DNA from: Octopus vulgaris
Taxonomy: Eukaryota
Direction of reading: 5' to 3'
DNA length: 64,000 nucleotides
Assembly: GCA_951406725.2 (NCBI GenBank)
Contig: OX597819.1
Location: forward strand, 33,728,001-33,792,000
In this document: one piece after another, positions 28,028 to 39,255 of the stretch
How positions within the stretch are numbered: position 1 is the first letter of the stretch
How the letters are laid out: each line of letters starts with the position of its first letter
The notes under the pieces: generated by a model
The model's input: the letters and a program-made list of their open reading frames with translations, nothing else
Databases searched by the model: none
What the model was told of the DNA's origin: nothing
Program-made: the position numbers and the translations under genes

Positions 28028-28702
28028 CCACACTAATTTACAATCAGGAACTTCAGATTCCTGTGGCTGCCAGACTAACTTATTGGTACCTTGTACGGTA
28101 CAGTATTAATAATCTTATATCATTTATACTAATGTACAGGTCCCAGTATTTCATTTAATTATCTAACGAAATTTAATACTTGTTTATTCAGAGGTGACCA
28201 CCCCTGGTTTGTAAAAATCAGTAGGATATAACAAGATATATAATTAATATTTGAATTATGTTTGTCTTAAATGAGAACACAATATGCAATTGAGAACAAT
28301 ATCATAAAGATTATCGTAAATGTTCAAAAGTCAAATATATGCAAATTGATCTTCAGGATTTGAATGCAACACACAGACATACAACCAAAAGATGACACAG
28401 TAATAAAGCTTACTTGTTCCAACTTCCTTGCAACCCATTCCTTGATTTTGACAGCTTTTTCCTCTACCACACTAATTTACAATCAGGAACTTCAGATTCC
28501 TGTGGCTGAAGATAAAAGAGTGAACAAATCACAAAACTAAAAAATACAAATTAAAAAAAAACAATCAACTTATTGATTTTATATCCATTTTGGAATTTTC
28601 ATGTGGTGGAACCTGAGAAAAACACCTCCTTAGGTATGTTTGTCTTAAATGAGAACACAATATGCAATTGAGAACAATATCATAAAGATTATCGTAAATG
28701 TT
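28028..28702 (+). repeat. Two interleaved perfect direct duplications: 42 bp (28028-28069 = 28467-28508) and 68 bp (28257-28324 = 28635-28702)
   Basis: Exact matches read from the sequence. Confidence 0.95.
28414..28505 (-). CDS. PLEKHH1/2: PLEKHH exon encoding VVEEKAVKIKEWVARKLEQ; 5' end disrupted in this sequence
   Basis: The 3' 57 bp encode the family motif (V/I)EEKAxKIKEWV. Donor CAA|GTAAGC; acceptor ctcttttatcttcAG. The exon is 92 bp (not a multiple of 3) and the phase-0 reading PQESEVPDCKLVW ends in TAG. Confidence 0.8.
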
Positions 28703-29756
28703 AATCACAGAAGATGGCTGACATTATGAAGGGCATCCAGCCCTAAAAACTATACCAAGCAGAACTCACCGGCGCTGGTACCATGTAGAAAGCACCCAGT
28801 CCACACTGTTGGCATTCGGAAGGGCATTCAACCATAAAAACCATGCCAAAATAGACTGTGGAGGTTGGTGCAGTCCTCTGGCATGCCAGCTCCTGTCAAA
28901 CCGTCCAACCCATGCCAACGTGGAAGATGGATGTTAAATGATGATGGCAATGGTGATGATGACGATGACGATGATAATGTCTATCATATAAGGTGACTCC
29001 TGATTGTTTTTGCTTAATTAACAGAATAAGAAGATGTATTAACATAATCTTAATTTTCACAGCTAAGGGTTTTAAATAATTTGTGTGAGTATGTGTATGT
29101 GTTTCATGAATGGAAAATATACACCAGTGGGCTTCTGTTTTAGACAAGTTCAGTGGAAAAGCTGTTGTTACCCTAGACATTAGTAAAACCATCAACTACT
29201 AGCATGCAAATCTCCTTCCAAAACTTTTTATCCTGTGAGTTCCAACTGTCTTCATCTCTTGGATTGGTAGCATTGAATGGGATCTCACCATCATGTCATG
29301 TACTGACAGAATTACTTATGCCCCATTCTCAACCAAATCTAATATTTCCTCCATATGGCTTCTGTCGCATCCAATGGCAAAAAATCATGCCACATTAATG
29401 AGATGTGTGGAACTTCAAACCAATCCAGGAGGGCAATATAACTAAATATGAACTAGCTTGGATCATGATGACCTGTCTAAGTTAAACCAGTAAAGAAAAT
29501 GAATGCCTGACTATATATATTTTCACACACACATACACACACACACACACACATTAAGTATTAGCAACAGAAGCAGTTTTTGTAACAAATATTAAGTAGC
29601 GCATCCAGTTTAACTTGGATGTGCTGTTTATAATGCCTCAGGCTTCTGTAAGAGTTGTTTAAGAGTTATTCAGGATATTCACCACAGTTTAAACCATTAC
29701 AGACAGCACATCCAAGTTTGGTTGGATGTGATAAGTAATATATATATATATATATA

Positions 29757-30494
29757 TAACATCCACCTTCCATGCTGACATGGGTGGGATGGTTTGACTG
29801 GAGCAGGCCAAGCAGAAATCTACACCAAACTTCTGTAACTGTTTTGGTGGGATTTTTACAGCTGCATGCCCTTCCTAATGCCAACCATGCGGTAGAGAAG
29901 ACCTAGTGCTTTTTACATGGCACAAGCACAGACGAGGTCAGTTTTGGCAAGGTTTTGTGGTGAGGCAAATCGTTGCTAAACCCTAAATTACTTAGTATAT
30001 ATATATATATATATATCAGTTAATGTGGTGAGCTGGCAGGATCATTAGCATGCCTGGCAATATGCTTAGTGGTATTTCATTCTGAGTTCAAATTGCACCA
30101 AGGTCAACTTTACCTTTCATCCTTTCAGGGTCGATAAAATAAGTACCAGTTGAGCACTGTGGTGGATGCAATTGACTTAACCTATCCCCAAAAATGCTGG
30201 CCTTATGCCAAAATTTGAAACTAATACACACACACACACATATATATAGTCCACACAGTAAAGTGGTTGGTGTTCAGAAGGGCAGCCAGCTGTAAAAACC
30301 TTGCCAAAACTGACCTCGCCTGTGCTTGTGCCATGTAAAAAGCACTAGGTCCACTCTACCGCATGGTTGGCATTAGGAAGGGCATGCAGCTGTAAAAATC
30401 CCACCAAAACAGTTACAGAAGTTTGGTGTAGATTTCTGCTTGGCCTGCTCCAGTCAAACCATCCCACCCATGCCAGCATGGAAGGCGGATGTTA
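29757..30494. repeat. 200-bp inverted repeat pair (29757-29956 / 30295-30494) with a 338-bp spacer
   Basis: About 5 mismatches counted by eye. Confidence 0.9.
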
Positions 30495-32337
30495 AATGAG
30501 GATGATGATGATAATGATATATCAAGTGAATGGTTTATTCTTCATTATTATGGGCAGAGAAAGGGGGAGGGACACTCTGATCTAGTCATACACTGACATA
30601 CATTAGTGGTTGCAAGAGATGAGTTAAGACTCTTTCTCTCCCTTTGTTATGGCACTCCACCACCATAAAGACTATGTCTAATCATGTTTGACCATTCTAA
30701 CATTGAGAACCTAGAAGTTTGTTATGAAGTGTCCCATAGGATACCAGCAGAAGTAACTTAAGAAAATTAACCAACGGGAAGAGTATAAGATAGAAGGAAA
30801 GTGATGCACAACAAATACAACAGTCCATCTAACACAATAATGTGCTAAAATGACAAAAGTGATGAGGGGCAAATGGTTCATAATGGTGGTAGTTAATGTG
30901 GTGGTTTGGTGTTAGCAGTGCAGGCAATGGTGAATTTGGTAAAGCTATGAGAGGAGAGTCTCATAGAAATCACAGGCAAGTAAAACTAATCTGTTATATG
31001 GTAGTAAAGAACTGCTACCATTTCAAAAATGGTTGAGAAGCATTCTCTCTTAAGATTGTGTCAGACATAGTGCATAAGATATCACATTTTATTGTAATTG
31101 TTCCAAGAGACCATAAGGTTCTTTGAACTTTTCTTTTTATGAGGAGCGGGTAAAAACCTAGCTAGACCAAAGTATGAGGAAGTAATGTGACAAACTGATA
31201 AAAAAGATTGGTTTTCAAAGAGAGGACCCCTGTCTTACAAACACGCATATGGATACAGATGCATATGTACACATAAACACACATATGTACATACACATAC
31301 ATGTTGCTGGAATTAAATAATTGTCAAACTATTTAATAACAGATAACCTATTGACGGCCATTCTTGGTTTTGGCATTCTTGAAGTACATTTATGTATATT
31401 TATGAGTCATTTCATTCAATGATAAATCTTGATGTTATAGAGGATGAATAAATATATATATATATAAAAAAAAAAGATGAAAGATAGAGAAGAAATGGTA
31501 AAGAGAACAAGCTGAGGAAATTAAAACAAAAAAGCAATTTCAGCAGAACAAAAAAAACTAAAACAAGAAAATACAAACAAAAATAAAAAATGAAATTGTA
31601 AACGTAAAACCAATAAGAGGAAAACAAAAAGGGGGGAAAAAAATGGTGAGTAGATTAATAATTGGCATATTTGCAGAGTCATCAAATATTCATTGTTATA
31701 GATACGGCACAATTATTTCTGCAACTCTGGTCTGGAAAGTTCTACATGTAATTCTAGAAATCCTATATGGAATTCTGGTTGTTAATTGGAAAATATCTTC
31801 ATATGAAATATTGGCAGAGATGTATGGCGGCTATATTTTCTGTAGAAGGAAGAATGGTAGAATGGATTACAAGAAAGGGGAAGAAGACATCGATGATGAG
31901 GTCCATAACAATAGTGATGATGACCATGATGATGGGATTGATGATGACAGAGAAAGAAACAGAGAAAGGGGCAGAGAAAGAGGTGAAGGATGTTTATGCC
32001 ATATCTTTTCTCTTTCATCTTATACTTGTTTCAGTCACTGGACTGTGGCAATGCTGGAGCACCTTTGGAAGGTTTTTACTTGAATAAATCCTCCATCCCT
32101 GTCCTTATTTCTTAAGCCTGGTACTTAAAAAGACAAGACAAGGTTAAGCCCTTATGTGGGCAATTCTGCAAAGAGGTTGACATGCCAGACATAACAAGCT
32201 GACTTATACTGTAGAGCATAAGTACGTTCATTAGACCAAATTTCTTGGGGTCAGGAGCCCACTGGGTGTGGCAGGAGAGTAGGTCTCTGGTAGATTAGAT
32301 TTAGCTTTACAAAAGAAGCTAAGCTAATGGTTATTAA

Positions 32338-32561
32338 GCGAGCTGGCAGAAACGTTAGCACGCCGGGCGAAATGCTTAACGGTGTTTCGTCTGCATTACG
32401 TTGTGAGTTCAAATGCCACCGAGGTCGACTTTGCCTTTCGTCCTTTCGGGGTCGATAAATTAAGTACCAGTTACGCACTGGGGTCGATGTAATCGACTTA
32501 ATACCTATGTCTGTCCTTGTTTGTCCCCTCTGTGTTTAGCCCCTTGTGGGTAATAAAGAAA
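32338..32561 (+). mobile_element. SINE family B with gttattaag TSD
   Basis: Full consensus with a flanking 9-bp direct repeat. Confidence 0.85.
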
Positions 32562-32584
32562 TGTGTTATTAAGGAGAAGGTGAA

Positions 32585-33060
32585 TTCTGGAACATGAAAT
32601 TATTAATCAGACTCCATTGCTTCTGTACAGTTGGAACAGAATGTTCTAGGATGATGGTTGATGGGCTCAGAGGATGGAATTATTTTTCTTGGGAATGAGA
32701 CACACTCTGGAATGTTTCAAAGGATCAGGGCAGACAGACAGAAGGGATGGAGAGAGAGATAGACAGAGACAGAGACAGAGAGACAGACAGAGAGAAATGA
32801 AGATCTTTACAAGTATAAAGACTGGTACTAAGGTGCATAGTTTGATTGTAATGGAAGGGACATTATCAAGGCTGGTAGCCTTATTGGCTTGAAGTAAGCA
32901 AAAGTTTTCTAGTTTAGTATGCATGCTTACATGGCGGATAATGCATCGGAGAGGAATAGTTTTGGGAGGAGATTTACATACTGTAAAATTGACTGTAAAG
33001 TAGGTAGAAAATGCAGAATCTTTCTCTGCAAGAGTAAGGATAAAAAAGGTAAAGACTGCC
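32585..33060 (-). mobile_element. CR1/Jockey-group LINE RT relic
   Basis: NKATSLDNVPSITIKLC...KHSRVCLIPKK resembles the KA.GPD.IP / WK.A.V.PIPKK RT N-terminal motifs. Confidence 0.55.
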
Positions 33061-33470
33061 CCCACTCCTGGCCCTTTATCATGAATGACCATGGGATTGC
33101 ACCTAGAAAGTTACCCTCCAAGACACAAGTCTGGGTAAGTTTGCTTATAGAAGACCAGCAGTTGCCCATGCATACCAGCCTCCCAGGCATAAATAATGGT
33201 CATTACATATTTTTTTAATGACTGTTATTTATGCTTTGTGTTGTATATTACTCTGTGTAAAAACCAATATAACTGGAACACCACCAGGGACTTACACTGT
33301 AGAATGGTGATGAACTATAACCTTGGACCCTGCCACAAGAACATGCAGAATTCTTTACAAATTTAAGCAATATTGTTAGCCTGGTGTACTAACAGAGAGC
33401 CTATAAAGTATTTTTCCCAGATTGATAATCCCTCGCTAATAACTCTGTTTGATATACATACATATATATA

Positions 33471-33536
<66 letters not shown>

Positions 33537-33554
33537 ATGTATGTATATAGACCC

Positions 33555-34165
33555 AGGAAAACCTGAGATGAGGTAGTGAAGCATGACCTTCAAACATTAG
33601 GCCTCACTGAGGCAATGACTAGTGACCGAAACCTTTGGAAATATGCAGTGTATGAGAAGACCCGGCAAGCCAAGTAAGACCATAACCTGTGGCCTATGCC
33701 AGGAGTGTAACCAGCCCACTTATGCCACCCATGCCAGTGGAGCACTAAGAGCACCATCCAAGCGTGATCGCTGCCAGAGCAGCTAACTGGCTTCCGTGCT
33801 GGTGGCACGTAAAAAGCACCATTCAAACGTGATCGTTACCAGTGTCGCCTTACTGGCACATCAAAAACATTCGAGTGAGGTTGTTGCCAGTGCTGCTGGA
33901 CTGGCTCCTGTGTAGGTGGCATGTAAAAAACATCACTTCAGTGTGGCCACTGCCAGTAGCGCCTCACTGGCTCTCATGCCGGTGGCACATTAAAGCACCC
34001 ACTACACTCTCGGAGTGGTTGGTGTTAGGAAGGGCATCCAGCTGTAGAAACTCAGCCAGATCAGACTGGAGCCTGATGCAGCCATCTGGTTCACCAGTCT
34101 ACAGTCAAATTGTTCAACCCATGCTAGCATGGAAAGTAGACGTTAAATGATGATGATGATGATGT
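33555..34165 (+). mobile_element. RTE LINE 3' UTR fragment with (GAT)n tail (further pieces at about 20440-21110, 28720-28975, 46360-46775, 60092-60540)
   Basis: Matches the 3' UTR attached to the RTE ORF at 61760-62245 (ggcacgtaaaaagcacc repeats, ggaagggcatccagctgtag, cgttaaatgatgatgat). Confidence 0.7.
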
Positions 34166-34660
34166 ATGTATGAATATGTGTATATATATACATATATATA
34201 TGATTGTGAATGCAACATAATCTATAAGTTTCAAGATAACATGGTACACATCTTTTTTAAAAGATTGTCTATTATTTATAGCTTATCTGCTTCAATATCC
34301 AATGTTCCAAAAAAAAAAATTATATACACATATACACATATATTATTGATTTCAAATTTTGACACAAAGCCAGCAATTTTGGAGGAGGAAGTAAGTTGAT
34401 TACATTGAACTCAGTGCTCAACTGGTACATATTTTATTGACCCCGAAAGGATGAGAAGCAGTCAGCCTCAACAGTATTTGGAGTCAGATCATAGAGATGG
34501 ACAAAATGTCACTAAGCATCTTGCCTGGCATGATAACGATTCTGCCAGCTTGCTTCCTTACACACACATGCACACACACACACACACACACACAAACACA
34601 TATATATATATGAAAAAATAAGTCAAAATAGAAAATGCTAAAATAATTTTATAAAGAACA

Positions 34661-34704
34661 TTTCAGTACCGGTTTCAGTCATTTTGAGACCTTTTCAACT
34701 GTAA
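34661..34704 (-). ncRNA. Minimal hammerhead ribozyme motif (UUGAAAA core, CCGG stem III)
   Basis: Minus strand reads ttacag-TTGAAAA-ggtc-tcaaaat-gact-GAAA-ccgg-TA^ctgaaa; the element begins next to (TA)n. Confidence 0.55.
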
Positions 34705-35819
34705 CGATTAAATAATTAAATTTAGAAAAATTAAAAGAAATGTTTTTTTAAAGGGATATTTGTATAGTGTTCAAATATAAGTGGCATTTTCCTTGTTTCT
34801 GCCTTGCTCTGTCTCTCTTGTTCACACTTATATATATTATTGGAAATGCTTTTGGAATAGAGTGAAAGTGAGTTAGAATCAGTAAAGAAATAAGTCAACA
34901 CACTCATTTTCTTTATAGCTTTGAGTAGTAAAATATAAAAATACACATATGTAAAACAATAACAATAATAACGATATAAACAACTAAAATAATAATAATA
35001 ATAACGACTAAAATAAAATACATAGCATTTTCAGTCTTTATTTGCTGCCTATGTTTCATTTCATTAAAGTGCTAGATCAATGGAAGGGAAACATAATGTA
35101 GTGTGAACCAAATAGTAAATGACTAATAGGTTCTTAATCTAATAGAGGTGAATATGGAAAATATTCTTGTAAAGAATATATGTTTCTTGTCTCTTTCTCA
35201 CCTGTCAAATTCAAGAAAAGAATAAAAAGGAAAGGAACTGTACTTAAAGCCAAAAGGTTCCCAATTAGAAATTCTTTTAGATTCTACATACCATTTTGGT
35301 AATTCCATTAATATGGGTAACTAGATGATTGTCAAATAGTTTTCCACACTTGCTTAATATTTAGCCAAGTTACAGTTATCCTAATTACTGATTTCATTGC
35401 ACAGTTCTTCCATTAATCACACGTGGCATCTATAACTAGTTTTGCCATTATTTCTATTCCATTATGTTGACATTGTCTGCAAATTCTGAATTCAATCATT
35501 GAAAGTGAGGTTAAAAGTTATATTGATTCTCAAACTGGGAATAAATTTCTATTCATTTACGCGTTTCAGTCTTTGGATTGTGACTCTGCTGGGGCACCAT
35601 CTTTTCAAGGGTTTTTTTAAACAGTTACATCAATCACAAGAACATAGTAGAACATTTAAATACTAAGAAACAGTAAAGAAGAGAGACGAGACTGGAAAAG
35701 AAAGAAAAAACAAAAACAAAAGAAAAAAGGCGAGGGCTTAGGGTAAAATCAGTGGAAGATGGAGGGGAAGTGGCAATGGGCCACACATCCATCTCAGAAC
35801 AAGTGGGGTGCTCAGCAAT

Positions 35820-36170
35820 GCCTTGTGGTAATGACCATGATGGCATTGCCACAGAAAATGGTCGGCAACATTTGCTAAAGTGACCACTCCACTTCGCGAG
35901 GTTCATTTCTCAATGGGCCAACATTACCCTATTATGTGGAGGAAATTGGTAGCATGGGGTCCTAGTACACCTGACATCTTAAAGGCAATCGACACAAATT
36001 GGCCAAGCTCCTGTATTTATTGATTTTTCTCTACTCTGCATTATGGGCAGCAATAGCTGGGTTTGCAGCCAGTGCCGCAAGGATGGAGCTGGAGAATGTG
36101 TCACTGTACATCACGTCCCTCACTAGAGATCTGTCTCACTCGAATGTGAAGAGGGTTATTCCATCAAGAA
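35820..36170 (-). mobile_element. CRE-clade (RLE-type) non-LTR retrotransposon C-terminal relic
   Basis: DGITLF..RSLVRDV..SDTF..AAHNAE.RKINKYRSL..IAF..SGVLGPHATNFL..IG..EPRE..GNA, resembling the PD..D..K..KY restriction-like endonuclease tail. Confidence 0.6.
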
Positions 36171-36713
36171 CAAAGCTCATTCTAGTATTATTTCATTTGA
36201 TTTAACATTTGTTTTGAATTGCTAAGTTTTCACTCTTTGAGACGACACCAGTCTAACACAGGTAAAAATAAATGGTGACAGGGATGGACACACACACACA
36301 CACACACACATACACACACACAGGGCACACCAGGTATTTGTGTACAACCTTTAGCAGGCCATAAATAGAAGATAACCTAACATAATTATATGCAACATCC
36401 TCTACCTCTTCCTTTGCCCCCCCCTCCTGTTTCCATCTAAGTTCTGAGTTCTAATTTGCTTCTTTACCTTTCAGATACATTGGCTTCAAATTTTGGTACA
36501 AAACCAGCAATTTTAGAGAAACTGGTAAGTCAATTGCATTGAATCCCATTGTTCAATTGGTACTTATTTTATTGAGCTCGAAAGGATGAAAAGCAAAGTA
36601 GACCTTTAGCAGAGTTTGAACTCAGAATGTAAAGTCAGAAGAAATGCTGCTACTCATTTTGTCCAATGCAATAATAATTCTGCCAGCTCGCTGCCTTTTT
36701 TCTTTTAGATATA

Positions 36714-36928
36714 CTCTTTTACTCTTTTACATGTTTCAGTCATTTGACTGCGGCCATGCTGGAGCACCACCTTTAGTCGAGCAAATCGACCCCGGGACTT
36801 ATTCTTTGTAAGCCCAATACTTATTCTATCGGTCTCTTTTTGCCGAACCGCTAAGTGACAGGGACGTAAACACACCAGCATCGGTTGTCAAGCAATGCTA
36901 GGGGGACAAACACACATACACAAACACT

Positions 36929-36980
<52 letters not shown>

Positions 36981-37146
36981 TACGACAGGCTTCTTTCAGT
37001 TTCCGTCTACCAAATCTACTCACAAGGCATTGGTCAGCCCGGGGCTATAACAGAAGACACTTGCCCAAGATGCCATACAGTGGGACTGAACCCGGAACCA
37101 TGTGGTTGGTTAGTAAGCTACTTACCACACAGCCACTCCTGCGCCT
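36714..37146 (-). mobile_element. SINE family A (young copy)
   Basis: Near-identical to 2313-2727 and 44107-44520. Confidence 0.85.
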
Positions 37147-38249
37147 ATATTGACATCATTAACTTGGCAAGTTCCATCCTGACATAGGAAATGTAAAGAA
37201 AAGCCATGGCTTTTGGCTCTAGCAATCAACCACAGTATCTTGGGGATAATCAATGTCTTGAACATGTCTAGATCGTTCATCTTCAGGGTTGGAAAAGTGA
37301 TAGAAGTTTCTGGTGATGATGTTGTATCAGTGACCAAGAGAAATAAACATTCTTAATGGTCAGATGTTACCAAGATAGCAGAGTTCTTCCAGGAAGTCCA
37401 AGACATCCTCAGTGATAGCTATCCCAGAGCAGATTAAGGTAGAACACAGAGACATCAGATATAAGTCTTTCACAAAGAGGAGAAAGTAGTAAGAACCAGG
37501 AGAAACTTGCGATCATGTGACACCCAGCATCATGTGATCTCCTTACTCTCTTAATTTGAACCTCTGGACCACTGTGTCTGAGGCTTTGTGAGTGAGGAGG
37601 GAGACAGACTGGCAAACCTATAGCACCAAGGCTTCATTGGGAGTGTGGGAACTGCCATTGTAGGTAGAGTTGCTAGCATGGGTAGGAGCTATCTAAATTT
37701 GGTATGTAGTAAATGCTCAGCAGTATTTCGTCTGCTGCTATGTTCTGAGTTCAAATTCCGCCCAGGTCGACTTTGCCTTTCATCCTGTCAGGGTCGATTA
37801 AATAAGTACCAGTTACACACTGGGGTCGATATAATCGACTAAATCCGTTTGTCTGTCCTTGTTTGTTCCTTCTGTGTTTAGCCCCTTGAGGGTAGTAAAG
37901 AAATAGGTATGTAGTAATTGATAAATTTAATTGCATGTGTGTGTCAGTTTTCTGAGAATATGATTTTCTTTCTGTTTTGCCTTTTGTTACTGATTCACCC
38001 TACAAACACACACACACACACATGTGAAGGGTTTCTGTAAATCAAAATGCACTTACAGAATATTTCCAAAGCTGCTGCTTCAGTAAAACCTAGCACTGTG
38101 TGACTGTGAGACAAACTTCTTAACTACACACTATGCCAGCAACTATTGGCTATATTAGTACATTTTAAATATACCATACATACATACATACATACATACA
38201 TACATACATACATGCATGCATGCATACATACATACATACATACATACAT

Positions 38250-38280
<31 letters not shown>

Positions 38281-39029
38281 TCTTTTTAAATACACCTTCA
38301 GAAGGAATAAAAGCTGAGTTAATACAGATAAGAATTAAAAGTAAAAACACTTTGCTCCAAAGTCATCATGATGTTTAGGCATTATTCTTTAAGCATAAGT
38401 GTGCGGGTTTTGTGAGAGACATTTTATTTGTTGCTTCCTTTATCTAGCTTTAGTGAGATATTCCAGTAGATCGCTTTATAAAAGATTATACTTTTATGAG
38501 CATAAATGAGTCTAATGGAAAATACTTATCTTCAAATTGCTTGTAGTATTAAGCAAGTTGATAAACATGCTACTACTCACTACCAGCACCACCTCAAACC
38601 AGCTATCTTTGATAGAATTCTTAACTGTTATGGCCTAGATTTCCTAAAAGTCTATCACTAAATATATTCCAGTCATACCAAAAGTGAGAGAATGTTTGGG
38701 TTCTGGAAGCAGTAGCTGATATGGGTAAGGTATATATGTTGGCTGGTATATGAGTATGTGATGTAAGTGGACAAGAAGTACGGGGGGGGAAGAATCAGTC
38801 CCCTGGTTCAGCATCACCATCTGGTCTTTGTGTAGCTTGAGTAGAATTCTGTAAAGTGGTAGACGTAATCAGCCACCTGTGGTTTAATATCACTGACTGG
38901 CCTTTGGGGACAAACAGAAACTGCAAGAAATTGGGTTATTTGAGGGAAAGACCAAATCTGAGTGCAAAGAGCAACTCCTTATCAAAATATATGCTGCATA
39001 GCTGGAGTGGTTCTAAGGCATCCAGTTTG

Positions 39030-39255
39030 TTATTTCTTTATTCCCCACAAGGGGCTAAACATAGAGGGGATAAACAAGGACAGACAAAGGAATTAAGTCG
39101 ATTACCTCGACCCCAGTGCGTAACTGGTACTTTATTTATCAACCCCGAAAGGATGAAAGGCAAAGTCAACCTCGGCAGAATTTGAACTCAGAATGTAATG
39201 GCAGACGAAATACCACTAAGCGTTTCGCTCAGCATGCTAACGATTCTGCCAGCTC
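39030..39255 (-). mobile_element. SINE family B with 11-bp TSD gcatccagttt
   Basis: TSD at 39018-39028 and 39256-39266. Other copies at about 17675-17882, 30022-30220, 34350-34560, 36485-36695, 37720-37910, 40100-40500, 49785-49990 and 63933-64000. Confidence 0.85.

Noticed and set aside
27860-28069. Possible duplicated or alternative exon starting at the first copy of the 42-bp segment (cag|CCACAG...)
   Set aside because: The phase-0 reading stops after 35 codons, the pyrimidine tract is poor and there is no PLEKHH motif; it looks like the intronic donor of the patch.
31643-32083. 146-aa plus-strand ORF
   Set aside because: It runs through GAT and GA low-complexity tracts into a SINE tail; no recognisable domain or splice support.
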